NCBI RefSeq assembly: GCF_963921235.1
Contig: NC_086097.1
Location: 86,552,001-86,616,000 of the forward strand
DNA from: Mobula hypostoma
Taxonomy: Eukaryota
DNA length: 64,000 nt
Reading direction: 5' to 3'
The notes below the pieces were generated by a model, which was given only the letters and a program-made list of their open reading frames with translations, was not told the origin of the DNA and did not search any database. This document shows positions 11,801-24,684 of this stretch, in pieces (the stretch's first letter is position 1; every line of letters starts with the position of its first letter). The translations under genes were made by a program, and so were the position numbers.

Positions 11801-12559
11801 TTATCAGAAATCTAACAGATATATTCTTGTAATCATTTATGTTTGTATGGGATATATACAGTATGTGGTCAGTCTCCATGACTTCTTGTAGTGAGACCAC
11901 AACATCACAGCATTCCAGAACTCCATTGGCCCATATGCTGGTAATCCTGTCGCATTACATGGTAACCAAGGGTCTTTCTTCAGTGGTGAAAGGTTTCAGG
12001 CCATGAGTGAACAGCACTCCATGCTATTAACAACCGAGTAGCGTGGTGGAGTGAAGGAATCGAGAGATTCAGGAGGCCTGGCAAAACTAATCTACTCTAG
12101 AGGCCAAAAGTAGACAAAATTTGTCCCTGCAGTGCAACTGTCAGTAAACAAAATACCAGTTGTGAAAATATGAGTGCACAAGAATGTTACATTTCTTAAT
12201 GTACAATGTCTACTTAAATACAACACTGCTCACAAACTCAGGCCAACCAGCGCCTACACCCGAGACAATTCTCCTCAAGGAACTGACAGAGTTTGTGGGA
12301 ATTCAAGAAAAGCAAAAGAACCTGACAAGAAAATTTGGATACCATAAAAAGGAGACTGGGTCCAAGAAAAGAAATTCCATAAAAATGACCCCCAAATGGA
12401 AACCTCCCTGTCTCATTTCCCTGGTTATCAATGATAAGACTGTGGTAATTGAGATCATGAGAGGAAACAAGACTAAGTAAAACTGTCCCCATAGATTACA
12501 TCAAACTTGCCAGCAGGATCTATCCTCCCAGAACAAGTGGAACCCTTATACTAGGCTAG
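8830..12559 (+). pseudogene. pol: Foamy-type pol (PR-RT-connection-RNase H-IN) with many stops and frameshifts
   Basis: PR: FDT-ADIS (8873). RT: PRQKQWHIP..KQSLQEIVDFL, DLANGF*SHPI (9601), LPQGFWNSP, IPNISAYVDA (YVDD-derived, 9898), KNLKALSSILGLLNYAKAFIP. RNase H: YHDGSAKKNP (10884), PLGNHTAQFAE (11001, across a 4-bp duplication), ICTDSNYV..LPIW..GW. IN: KGVPTWY..GKICVCHP..IPP, HGGR..KLAMLYW*PYM, HIDYM, LHGNQGS, PKWKPP..VINDKTVVI..KTVPIDYIK. Confidence 0.92.
9761..9872 (-). mobile_element. Short CR1 3'-end insertion interrupting the ERV RT between motif B and YVDD
   Basis: Similar to the CR1 tails at 430-530 and 29790-29880. The RT reading resumes on both sides. Confidence 0.7.
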
Positions 12560-12594
12560 TAAATCGGTCCAATATGGAACTTCTTCACTCTGAC

Positions 12595-12611
12595 AAGAAC
12601 TGGGAGTGAGA
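12595..12611 (+). promoter_or_regulatory. Degenerate polypurine tract of the ERV
   Basis: AAGAACTGGGAGTGAGA immediately precedes TGTATTG (3' LTR start) and begins 36 bp after the pol stop. Confidence 0.6.
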
Positions 12612-12840
12612 TGTATTGAAAAATAAAACATGTTGAGATCAAAAAAAAACATAAAAATTCCTGTTCACTTGAGGAAGATGTCATAGATACATTGCCCAGG
12701 AATAATACACCTAAAATGCATTGTTACTTTAACTGTAAGAAAGATTTAAACTCCAGGGAGAAATGTTGCTCTCGTTATACTTTTAATATTTGTGCTTATA
12801 ATGATATTATTCAGTACTATCTTGCTTAGAGTTTGCTCTA

Positions 12841-14310
12841 TAGACTTCAGGAGGAAGAAACTAGAGGTCCATGAGCCAGTCCTCATTGGATTATCAGAGG
12901 TAGAAGGGTCAGTAACTTTAAACTCAATGGTGTTATTATTTCAGAGGACCTGTCCTGGGCCCAGCAAGTAAGTGCAATTACAAAGAAAACATGGTAGCAC
13001 TTGTATTTCCTTAGGAGTTTGTGTATATTTGAGTGTGGGAAGGGTCATTGCCTGGTTCATGGCGGGGGGGGGTAGGGTGTCTTTGGGGTTCTAATATTTT
13101 AACTGTCACTCATTCTTTGGGGGACTCTTGTGTTTTTGTGGATATTTCCAAAGAAAAGGAATTTCAGGATGTATATTGTATACATTTCTTTGATATTAAA
13201 TAGAATTATTGAACCAAAGGGGTTCACTTAACTTCATTTATCAGTCATTGTGATGTTTCCACAAATTATAGACTCAAATTCATTTCATATTCTTGATATT
13301 TATGGTTTATTTACTTATTATTACTTCTTTCTTTTTGTATTTGTACAATTTGTTGTTTTTGCACACTAGTTGTATGACTAATTCTGTTATGATTAATTAT
13401 TCTATTCTAACCATACTATCTTTTGGCCTTATTGATTATATACTTATAGATACTGATTGCAATGTTACAGCAGTAAACCCAACCTTCTTCCTCAGGCATA
13501 AATTAGACAAATGATAGGTCCCCCAGAGACACCTCCTTATATACCCTCTTGCATGAGCAGAGCATAGATGGGGCTTAATGCTCAATCCTGATTGGCTGGA
13601 TCTGAACTGCCTATTACTAATTAGCTAGTTTTGAATTGGCCTTGTTCTGATTGTTTGATTCTTTTAGGCTAAACCCTGTTTAGGAATATGTGGTGTCAGA
13701 CTGGATTTATCTCTACACTCTTAGAACGTACATGTAGACCCAGGTTTGATGAGGCCAACATCCTTAGCAAGGAAGAGAATGCCTACAAGAGAAAGATTAA
13801 GGAATCACTAGAGATGGAGCATGTGGGGTATCTAAACTTAAGTTCTAAGAGTGTCAAGATAGCTCCAATCTGGGACCACACTTACCTAATGAGGATTTGG
13901 CCTTTAAAAAAAAATCAACCAATCAGGACAATTCATACTAACCAATCAGGAATAGGCAATTCAGATCCAGCAAATCAGGATTGAGCATTAAGCTCCACCC
14001 ATGCACTGGTTCACTGAGAGGGTATATAAGGAGGTGCCCCTTAGATGGGGGTAACTTATCATTTGACTAACTTGTCTAAGGAAGATGGTTGGTTTACCAT
14101 TGAAATATTGCTATCAGTATCTGTAAGTATGTGACTGTTAATACCAAAAGATAGTATGGATAGATTTGATAACCAGTCACAAAGCTTTTATAGTCAGTAA
14201 ATTATTCTATTATTGATTTATTGAGCAAGTCTGCAAGAAAATGAATCTCAGGGTTGTATGTGGTGACATATATGTACTTTGATAATAAATTTACTTTCAA
14301 GTTTCACTTA
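12841..14310 (+). mobile_element. Rex1/Babar-type LINE fragments with nested insertions, inside the ERV 3' LTR
   Basis: Similar to 17770-18620, including the tail gaatctcagggttgtatgtggtgacatatatgtactttgataataaatttact. Confidence 0.7.
13414..14165 (+). mobile_element. Second-family Penelope 3' end with an inverted pLTR
   Basis: About 300-bp inverted arms (13414-13712 / 13857-14165) flank GIY-YIG C-terminal FDEANILSKEENAYKRKIKESLEM. Confidence 0.75.
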
Positions 14311-14876
14311 CTATGGCTCATCTGACTTGGGCACCCCTAAAACCTAATACCTCAGAACATTAGATTAAAATGTTTACTGAACAATGATGATTCTAATTTA
14401 AATATCACCAAATAGCCCTTACCACTTGGTCATATGTGAACTAACACACTGGAACTCTTGAATATTGTCTCTGGCAAAATGATTCTTCCTGCTGCATTGT
14501 AGTCCATTCAAGCTTGTAAAATATTGGATTAAAGTTTGAACAGCTTCCAAGTGATATTTTAACTCCTTGTGAGCTCACAGCATGTAAGGTATCAAGATGT
14601 CTGTATGAGTTAAACACTGTAGAATTGTTAACGTCTAATGTTTGCTGATAGCAGCTGGAGTCTTTCTTGGCCTCAGGCACCAGTAGCATAAGAAGAAAAG
14701 AGCAGAATGTATGTATCCCTGCATATCTCTCAATGTTTGTAGAACTCCTAAAGAAACTATGCTGAGTTAGTGGCATGAGAATAAAAGATGAGTTTGTCTG
14801 CCTCTGTGACTTGCTGTGCAGTGTAACACTATTTATTGAGGTGCCTTTTACTTCGTTATTGGGACTTAACCTAGAC

Positions 14877-15082
14877 CAGGGATGGCAAACCTTTTATATT
14901 CCATGCATCAATTTTGTCACGCACGAGTTCAGATGCGATTTTTTTTTCTCTTTTTTTCACGCACAAGTTCTATATTAACGCATTTTTACAAGCATTGAAT
15001 GGGGGTACAAGACTTGTATGGCGCATCTGAACTCGTGAGTGAAAAAATTGATGCATGGAATGCAAAAGGTTGGCCACCCCTG
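14877..15082. mobile_element. hAT-Charlie-type MITE
   Basis: TIRs CAGGGATGGCAAACC / GGTTGGCCACCCCTG, palindromic arms of about 60 bp, 8-bp TSD ACCTAGAC / ACGTAGAC. Confidence 0.88.
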
Positions 15083-17649
15083 ACGTAGACCAAAGATTAT
15101 GATTTGATTATGCCTGGGATGGACCCAGGGTGATTTCACAAGTCAGGATTCAGAGTTCTGCTGACAACAACAGCAACAATCAAGTGGAAACTAAGAATTG
15201 TAAGCCCTGAAATGTTTGGAAATTTTTGTAACTTTTTATCATAGTATTTTGTATGATTATTTGTGCTTTCTTTTTTATGATAATAAATTAGGCTTAAACT
15301 ACTTTGTTGTTACCTTATTACCAAATCTCCTGGATAGTCAAATTGTATGGTTTGGGTCTGATCAACCCAGCCCATTACACTGGTTGACTTAAACATTCAC
15401 ACTGATTGCATTGCAGCTGAAATGAACATAGATACATAGGAAGGAAAAAAACACTTGGGAAATGATTAATAAAACCCCAACAAAACTGATTCCAGCCCAG
15501 ATATTGAAGGTAAACTAATTGAGGAATTTCTTGACATTGATTTCTCTAGGCTTGAAGAAAAGTGTAGACATGAGAATATTGTAACACTCATGGGAATATG
15601 ACATTGAAACCATTAGACTACAACATTGTGAAATTTTTTTTTAAATAAAAAATCTTCTACATTAGATAGATATTGCATTTTCCCTTTATGGCCAACAAGT
15701 ATATAAAAACACAAAATTTTAGACATTTCCCTTTCTTCAATTATGGCCACTTTTCCACTTGATTGCTAAGTGTCAAAGATAATATGACAATGTTCTGCAT
15801 TAGTGGTTTGTATTTTAAATGATTCAACAACAGTGGATCTGGTTTTTGCAAAGGAAATTGAGATAGAAGGATGTAATGAAGCAAAAGATAAGAGAAAAAG
15901 ACAATGTTTTCCTTCCTGGTCAACTGAAGCTGCTAATTCCAATAACTGTTTTGGAGATTTTAGTACCATAGACTACCCAGATTTCATACTTGCCCTCAAT
16001 TAAACAGCTATGCTGTGGTGCAAATAATACCTTATAGCAAATTAGTACTGAACTTTTGTTTCCAATGAACTTAAAGCAGGGAAGGAAAAAAGCCTATAAT
16101 AACTTTGCTGTTGGAGACAAAATGATGATAAATTTTGGGGTTGCATTGATAACATTCTCCCCAAATAGATAATGTTACATACACAGACAAGTCTTTAATT
16201 ATTGCTGTGTGTTCAGTCACAGGCAGATAAAAAAAAACAGTACAGCACTGAACAATTTTGATTTATAAAAAAATATTAGAGTAAACCTGCCCATGCAGCC
16301 CTGCCTTTGACAGTGCTCCCTTTCATAATTGTACTGATGTTGTCATCCTATAGTTCACTCACAAGGTGAAATTTCTGATGACAAAAGTTGTTCAGACATA
16401 CTGTGGTCAATGAATCACTTGCTTTTTAAGGCTTATAAAAGGAAATGCTCCTTGGAGCAATCTGATTCTTCACCCAATATTGCATATCTCAAGACAGAAA
16501 TGAAAGCCCAGTTTTAAGGAATGATTTGTGATAGATGCAGCAAACAGTATTCTAGATAAACTTGATATTCATCAACAATGGCAAGAAGAAACTCAGTCCA
16601 ACCAAAAGAATATTTCTCTATACACTACTGGAGTAACTGAACTGGCATAATCAAATGAGCGAGGCACCTCCTTTCATAACTTACTTTTGCAGATGCATAC
16701 CAAGTCCCTGACTGGCTTAATGCTCTAGCTGAAACAATAACTAAGACCTTCCAAGCTTTTTCAAATTTAACTTCCGCAGCAGCAAATACAGTTTCTGGGA
16801 GGATTGGTACTACATTAAATTGGGTTAAAGATTTTTTTTTGCAGTTTTCCAATGGACAATTTCCCTTGTCATTGGATTTATTATTTTTATAGCACTCCTT
16901 TTGTTGAAGCATTGAAGCCTGCAAAGGATGGAAGTTTGGTGACTTCTGCTCCACTTCTAAGACTCTGCTAACACCCATACCCACCCTGCACTGCCTACAC
17001 TACACTGTCTATGTCTACTGTGCTATACCCTGCCTCATACTCACCTTTTATCTATTCCTCTGGTTTGTCTTCAAATCTGGAAAAGTAGGAGACCACCCTA
17101 ATTATGTTATCCTTGCTCCTCTCCTTTTTTTGTCCTGATCACTAATATTGTGTATGGTATGTATGTCTCCCCTCATTTTGAGGAATGTCGGGATATATAG
17201 AAGTTACTTAAGATTTTAGATGGCATGCCATATCTGTGCAAACTTCTGAGAAATAGATATGTTGTTGTATCTTTGCGATTGTACTCCAATGTTGAAGTTG
17301 AGATGAAAAAGAAATGTAGTCTGGATGTCACAAAGGACTGGGAAAAGAGAACAAGTAGCAATTTTTCTGTGAATGAATCAGCCTACCTAGCAAGCAAGTA
17401 TCAGTTAAGTTGCTGACACAATTAATAACATTTTATAGCTGCATCTGCTGCAATTGCTTGGTTTGCAAACTTTTCCACCTTCAGATGCTCCAGCGTAATA
17501 ATGCTATCATAGCAGTGTTCAGCAATGTCAAAACTTTGCCTTAGAACTATCTTAGTCAATGTGCATGCTGAAGTGCAAGCACAGTCTCTAGCATTACTGA
17601 TTCACAAAGATTCTATTTTTTTTTCTTGCACGCTTTCAATCTTTTATCA

Positions 17650-18620
17650 AAAATAGAATCGCCACTGTCATACACCGAATCAAAGGTGATGAATCAGCAG
17701 ATGGGAGGGAGATCTGACTAAGTGGTGCCATAACAACAACCTCTTACTCAATGTCAGCATGACCAAGCGGCTGACTTCAGGTGAAGTAAACCAGAGGAAC
17801 CCAGTCATTGGAAGATCAGAGGTGGAGAGGGTTAAAAAACTTTAAATTCTTTAGTGTTTTTATTCAGAGGACCTGTGCTGGTCCCAGCAAGTAAGTGCAA
17901 TGATGAAGAAAGCATGGCAGCACCTCTACTTCCTTAGGAATTTGTGGAGATTCAACATGACACCTAAAATTTTGACAAACTTCTACAGATGTGTAGTGAA
18001 GAATATACCGACTGGCTCATCACAGCCTGGTACGGAAACACCAATGCCCTTGAATGAAAATCCTACAAAAAGTAGTGGACATGACCCAGACAATCATGGG
18101 TAAATACCCCTCTGCCATTGAGCACATCAACATGAAATGCTGTCACAGGAAAGTCACATCGATCATCATGGACCTCCACCACCCAGGACATGCTCCTTTT
18201 CTCACTGCTGCAATCAAGAAGGTAGTATAGGAGCCTCAGAACTCAACTATCAGGTTCAGGAACAGTGACTAACCCTTAACCATTTGGCTCTCGAACCAAA
18301 GGGGATAACATCACTCAACTTCACTTGCTCCATCATTGAAATGTTCCCACAACCAATGGACTCACTTTCAAAGACTTTTTATCTCATGTCTTCTTTTTAT
18401 TGCTTATTTATTTATTTATTTATTTTTACTTTCTATTTGTATTTGGATAGTTTGTTCTCTTCTGCACTCAGGTTGAATGCCTAAGTCAGGGGTTATTTTG
18501 TTGACTGTTCTGGTTATTATTCTTTGGATTTATTGAGTATGCACATAAGAAAATTAATCTCAGTTGTATATGGTGGCCTATATGTACTTTGATAATAAAT
18601 TTACATTGAACTTTTGAACA
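17650..18620 (+). mobile_element. Rex1/Babar LINE, 5'-truncated
   Basis: KKAWQHLYFLRNLWRFNMTPKILTNFYRCVV and the family tail. Confidence 0.8.
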
Positions 18621-18799
18621 GTCCTTACATTTGGGATAAAATAGTACAATGATGAAAGGCTGTATTAATAACACATCTGGAAATAAGAAAACATTCTTTT
18701 AAAAATATCACAAACCAACAGTCTTATTCATTAAGTAGCAAAGAAAATGGCTCCCCATGCAACCACTGACGGAAAATTTACCCTGAATTTGCAACTGTT

Positions 18800-21700
18800 T
18801 ATGGGTGGACAAGTCGAGAGAGGATATACTTGATCTGGTATTGGGAAATGAACCTGGTCAGGTGTCAGATCTCAGTGGGAGAACATATTGGAGATGGTGA
18901 TCACAATTCTATCTCCTTTACCATAACATTGGAGAGGGATAGGAACAGACAAGTTAGGAAAGCATTTAATTGGAGTAAGGGGAAATATGAGGCTATCAGG
19001 CAAGAACTCAGAAGCATAAATTGGGAACAAATGTTCTCAGGGAAATGTACAGAAGAAATGTGGCAAATGTTCAGGGGCTATTTGTGTGGAGTTCTGCATA
19101 GGTACGTTCCAATGAGACAGGGAAAGGATGGTAGGTTATAAGAACTGTGGTGTACAAAGGCTGTTGTAAATCTAGTCAAGAAGAAGAGCTTATGAAAGGT
19201 TAAAAAAAATAGGTACTGATAGAGATAGAAACCATAGAAACTACAGCACAGAAACAGGCCTTTTGGCCCTTCTTGGCTGTGCCGAACCATTTTCTGCCTA
19301 GTCCCACTGACCTGCACACAGACCATATCCCTCCATACATCTCCCATCCATGTATCTGTCCAATTTATTCTTAAATGTTAAAAAAGAACCCGCATTTACC
19401 ACCTCATCTGGCAGCTCATTCCATACTCCCACCACTCTCTGTGTGAAGAAGCCTCCCGTAATGTTCCCTTTAAACTTTTCCCCCCTCACCCTAAACCCAT
19501 GTCCTCTGGTTTTTTTCTCCCCTTGCCTCAGTGGAAAAAGCCTGCTTGCATTCACTTTATCTATACCCATCATCTATCAAATCTCCCCTCATTCTTCTAC
19601 GCTCCAGGGAATAAAGTCCCAACCTATTCAACCTTTCTCTGTAACTGAGTTTCGCAAGTTCCGGCAACATCCTTGTAAACCTTCTCTGCACTCTTTCAAC
19701 CTTATTTATATCCTTTCTGTAATTTGGTGACCAAAACTGAACACAATACTCCAGATTCGGCCTCACCAATGCCGTATACAACCTCATCATAACATTCCAG
19801 CTCTTATACTCAATACTTTGATTAATAAAGGCCAATGTACCAAAAGCTCTCTTTACGACCCTATCTACCTGTGACACCACTTTTAGGGAATTTTGTATCT
19901 GTATTCCCAGATCCCTCTGTTCCACTGCACTCCTCAGTGCCTTACCATTAACCCTGTATGTTCTACGTTGGTTTGTCCTTCCAACATGCAATACCTCACA
20001 CTTGTCAGTATTAAACTCCATCTGCCATTTTTCAGCCCATTTTTCCAGCTGGTCCAAGTCCCTCTGCAGGCTCTGAAAACCTTCCTCACTGTCTACTACA
20101 CATCCAATCTTTGTATCAGCAGCAAACTTGCTGATCCAATTTACCACATTATCATCCAGATCATTTGATATAGATGAGAAATAACAATGGACCCAGCACT
20201 GATCCCTGTGGCACACCACTAGTCACAGGCCTTCACTCAGAGAAGCAATTCTCTACCACCACTCTCTGGCTTCCTCCATCGAGCCAATGTCTAATCCAAT
20301 TTACCACCTCTCCATGTATACCTAGCGACTGAATTTTCCTAACTAACCTCCCATGCGGGACCTTGTCAAAGGCCTTACTGAAGTCCGTGTAGACAATATC
20401 CACTGCCTTCCCTTGATCCACTTTCCTGGTAACCTCCTCGAAAAACTGCAATAGATTGGTCAAACATGACCTACCACGCACAAAGCCATGTTGACGCTCC
20501 CTAATAAGTCCCTGTCTATCCAAATGCTTGTAGATTCTGTCTCTTAGTACACCCTCCAATAACTTAACTACTACCGACATTAAACTTACAGACCTATAAT
20601 TTCCCGGATTACTTTTCAATCCTTTTTTAAACAACGGAACAACATGAGCCACTCTCCAATCCTCCGGCACCTCACCTGTAGACAGCGACATTTTAAATAT
20701 TTCTGCCAGGGCCCCTGCAATTTCAACACTAGTCTCCTTCAAGGTCCGAGGGAACACCCTGTCAGGTCCCAGGGATTTATCCACTTTAATTTTCCTCAAG
20801 ACAGCAAAGACCACCTCCTTTTCGATCTGTACAGTTTCCATGATCTCACTACTTGTTTCCCTTAATTCCATAGACTTCATGCCAGTTTCCTTAGTAAACA
20901 CAGATGCAAAAAACCTATTTAAGATCTTCCCCAATTTCCTTTGGTTCCGCACATAGCCGACCACTCTGATCTTCAAGAGGACCAATTTTATCCTTTACAA
21001 TCCTTTTGCTCTTAATATACCTGTAAAAGCTCTTTGGATTATCCTTCACTTTGACTGCCAAGGCAACCTCATATCTTCTTTAGCCCTCCTGATTTCTTCC
21101 TTAAGTATTTTCTTGCACTTCTTATACTCCTCAAGCACCTTATTTACTCCCTGCTTCCTATACACGTCATACAACTCCCTCTTCTTCTTTATCAGAGTTG
21201 CAATATCCCTTGAGAACCAAGGTACCTTATTCCTATTCACCTTGCATTTAATCCTGACAGGAACATACAAATTCTGCACTCTCAAAATTTCTGCTTTGAA
21301 GGCTTCCCACCTACCGATCACATCCTTGCCAGAGAACAACCTGTCCCAATCCACGCTTTTTAGATCCTTTCTCATTTCTTCAAATTTGGCCTTCTTCCAG
21401 TTTAGAACTTCAACCCTAGGACCAGATATATCCTTGTCCATGATCAAGTTGAAACTAATGGTGTTATGATCACTGGAACCGAAGTGCTCCCCTACACAGA
21501 CATCTGTCACTTGTCCTAACTCGTTTCCTAACAGGAGATCCAATATTGCATCCCCTCTAGTTGGTCCCTCTATATATTGATTTAGAAAACTTTCCTGAAC
21601 ACATTTTACAAACTCTAAACCATCTAGACCCCTAACAGTATGGGAGACCCAATCAATATATGGAAAATTAAAATCCCCTACCACCACAACTTTATGTTTC

Positions 21701-23903
21701 CTGCAGTTGCCTGCTATCTCTCTGCAGATTTGCACTTCCAATTCTCTTTGACTATTGGGTGATCTGTAATATAATCCCACTAATGTGGCCATACCTTTCC
21801 TGTTTCTCAGCTCCACCCATAAGGACTCAGTAGACAAGCCCTCTAATCTCCTGCCTGAGCACTGCTGTAATATTTTCCCTAACAAGCAATGCCACTCCCC
21901 CACCTTTCATTCCTCTGCCTCGATCACATCTGAAACATCGGACCCTGGAATATTAAGCTGCCAGTCCTGCCCCTCCTGTAGTCAAGTCTAGAAGATTGTA
22001 AGGCTAGCAGGAAGGAGCTTAAGAAAGAAATTAGGAGAGCCAGAAGGGGCCATGGGAAGGCCTTGGTGGACAGGATTAAGGAAGACCCCAAGGCATTCTA
22101 CAGGTATGTGAAGAGCAAGAGTATAGGACGTAAGGGAATAGGACCAATCAAGTGTGACAGTGGAAAATGTGTATAGAACCGGAGGAGATAGCAGAGGTAC
22201 TTAATGAGTACTCTGCTTCAGTATTCACTACAGAAAAGGATCTTGGCGATTGTAGGAATGACTTGCAGCAGACCGAAAAGCTTGAGCATGTAGATATTAA
22301 GGAAGAGGATGTGCTGGAGCTTTTGGAAAGCATCGAGTTGGATAAGTCACTGGGACCGGACAAGATGTACCCCAGGCTACTGTGGGAGGTAAGGGAGGAG
22401 ATCGCTGAGCCTCTGGCGATGATCTTTGCATCATCAATGGGAACGGGAGTTCCAGAGGATTGAAGGGTTGTGCATGTTGTTCGTTATTCAAGAAAGGGAG
22501 TAGAGATAGCCCAGGAAATTATAGACCAGTGAGTCCTACTTCAGTGATGGAGTAAGTTGATGGAGAAGATCCTAAGAGGCAGGATTTATGATCATTTGGA
22601 AAGGAATAATATGATTAAGAATAGTCAGCATGGCTTTGTGAAAGGCAGGTTGTGCCTTACGAGCCTGATTGAATTTTTTGAGGATGTGACTAAACACATT
22701 GACGAAGGTAGAGTAGTAGATATAATGTATATGGATTTCAACAAGGCATTTGACAAGGTATCCCATGCAAGTCTTATTGAGAAAGTAAGGAGGCATGGGA
22801 TCTAAGGGGAAATTGCTTTGTGGATTCAGAACTGGCTTGCCCACAGAAGGCAAAGAGTGGTTGTTGACAGGTCATATTCTGCGTAGAGGTTGGTGACCAG
22901 TGGTGTGCCTCAGGGATCTGTTCAGGGACCCTTCCTCTTCGTGGTTTTTTATAAATGACCTGGATGAAGAAGTGGAGGGATGGGTTAGTAAATTTGCTGA
23001 TGACACAAAGGTTGGAGATGTTGTGGATAGTGTGGAGGGCTTCCAGCGGTTACAGCGGAACATTGATAGGATGCAAAAATGGGCTGAGAAGTGGCAGATA
23101 GAGTTCAATCCAGACAAGTGTGAGGTGGTTTATTTTGGTAGGTCAAATATGATGGCAGAATATAGTATTAATGGTAAGACCCTTGGCAGTGTGCAGGATC
23201 AGAGGGATTTTGGGGTCCGAGTCCTTAGGATACTCAAAGCTGATGTGCAGGTTGACTCTGTGGTTAAGAATGCTTACGGTACATTGGCCTTCATCAACCA
23301 TGGGATTGAGTTCAAGAGCTGAGAGGTAATGTTACAGCTATATAGGACCCTGATCAGACCCCACTTGGAGTACTGTGCTCAGTTCTGGTCACCTCACTAC
23401 AGGAAGAATGTGGTAACTATAGAAAGGGTGCAGAGGAGATTTACAAGGATGTTGCCTGGATTGGGGAGCATGCCTTATGAGAATAGGTTGAGTGAACTTG
23501 GCCTCTTTTCCTTGGAGCGACCGAGGATGAGAGGTGACCTGATAGAGATAGAGATCGAGGTGTATAAGTTTGTGAGAGGCATTGATCGTATGGATAGTCA
23601 GAGGCTTTTTCCCAGGGCTGAAATGGCTAAGACGAGAGGACACATTTTTAAGGTGCTTGGAAGTAGGAGATGTTAGGGCTAAGTTCTTTCACACAGCGGT
23701 GACTGCATGGAATGGGTTGTTGGTGATGATGGTGGAGGTGGATATGATAGGGTCTTTTAAGAGACTCCTGGATAGGTACGTGGAGCTTAGAAAAATAGAG
23801 GGCTATGGGTAACCCTAGGTAATTTCTCAAGTAAGTACATGTTCGGCACAGCATTGTGGGCCGAAGGGGCTGTATTGTGCTGTAGGTTTTCTATGTTTCT
23901 ATG
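18800..23903 (+). mobile_element. CR1 LINE family B ORF2 (EN-RT), split by a nested CR1 at 19226-21988
   Basis: DHNSISF, QHGFVKGR, DFNKAFDKV, KFADDTK, RPHLEYCAQFWSP, and a (ttctatgt)n tail. Same family as 55558-58432. Confidence 0.92.
19226..21988 (-). mobile_element. Young CR1 LINE family A ORF2
   Basis: ORFs of 285, 250 and 220 aa with VVVGDFNFP, SDHNTI, PGNYRSVSL, QHGFVRGRSC, DFSKAFDKV and KFAADTK. Confidence 0.95.
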
Positions 23904-24684
23904 ATCAAAAAGGTTCTGTCTTTCATAGAAAGGAGACATTATTCATGTCACACTTTATCCATAGAACACAGTCACATTCAATACCAATGTGCTGCAAAGG
24001 GGCTCGAGTGCTGCCAAATGATTACGTCTGCAGTGGAGTTTTGTTAAGTTGAACAAAGTAGACCAATAATTGGCATTTAATTTTTTCATTTATTAACTTG
24101 GGCATTTTTACTTTCTTAGAAGCTTAAGTAGGTTCAAGATGTCACCAAACATTCTAACAAACTCCTACAGATGTACTAATATTTGGGTTCTAGCAAATTC
24201 AATATACAGGAAGGCACGGGGCTGCAGAGAGAAGTGAACACAGCCCATTACGTCACAGTCATATCCCTCCCCACCACAAAGTATCAACACGAGGTGTTGC
24301 TTCAAGAAAGCAACATGTGCCATAGCTCTCCACCATCTGGGCCATGCCATCTTCTCATAGCAACCATCAGGCAGGAGGTACAGAAGCTTGAAATCTTACA
24401 CCACCAGATTCAAAAACATCTTCCCTTCGACTATTTGGTAGCTGAATCAACCTAAGCAAACCACAGTATAGAAGGACAATGACCACTGTGCATGACAATA
24501 GACTGGTTTTCTTTTATTCTGATTGTGTTCTTTCTCACAGCTCATTCTACGTACTCACCACTGTCTGCATAAGAGTATTTCCCCTCATGTCACTTTTCAA
24601 ACTTCCCCTCTCACTCTAAATTTACTTTCCATAGGGTAGACTCCCTTACACTGGAGAAAAGACTCTCTCCAGTCCACTATCCTA

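Larger units (their letters stand above)
7199..15379 (+). mobile_element. Degraded foamy-virus-like endogenous retrovirus (LTR-gag-pol-LTR, no env), antisense in MAP3K9 intron 2
   Basis: Inverted termini TGTAATG (7199) and CATTACA (15373-15379). Collinear LTR-LTR similarity. Pol motifs match prototype foamy virus Pol along its whole length. PPT directly follows IN. Confidence 0.88.
12612..15379 (+). repeat. 3' LTR of the foamy-like ERV (about 1.1 kb of LTR sequence, split by insertions at 12841-14310 and 14877-15090)
   Basis: Starts TGT after the PPT, has AATAAA at 15282, ends CCCATTACA, and is collinear with 7199-8321. Confidence 0.72.

Noticed and set aside
12756-12770. AGGGAGAAA-TGTTG as the PPT and 3' LTR start
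   Set aside because: LTR similarity begins earlier, at 12612, and this site matches an internal 5' LTR position near 7320.
16625-16984. 119-aa minus-strand ORF as MAP3K9 exon 3
   Set aside because: It lacks ITDFGLARE and APE motifs. I found no exon 3 in the window.
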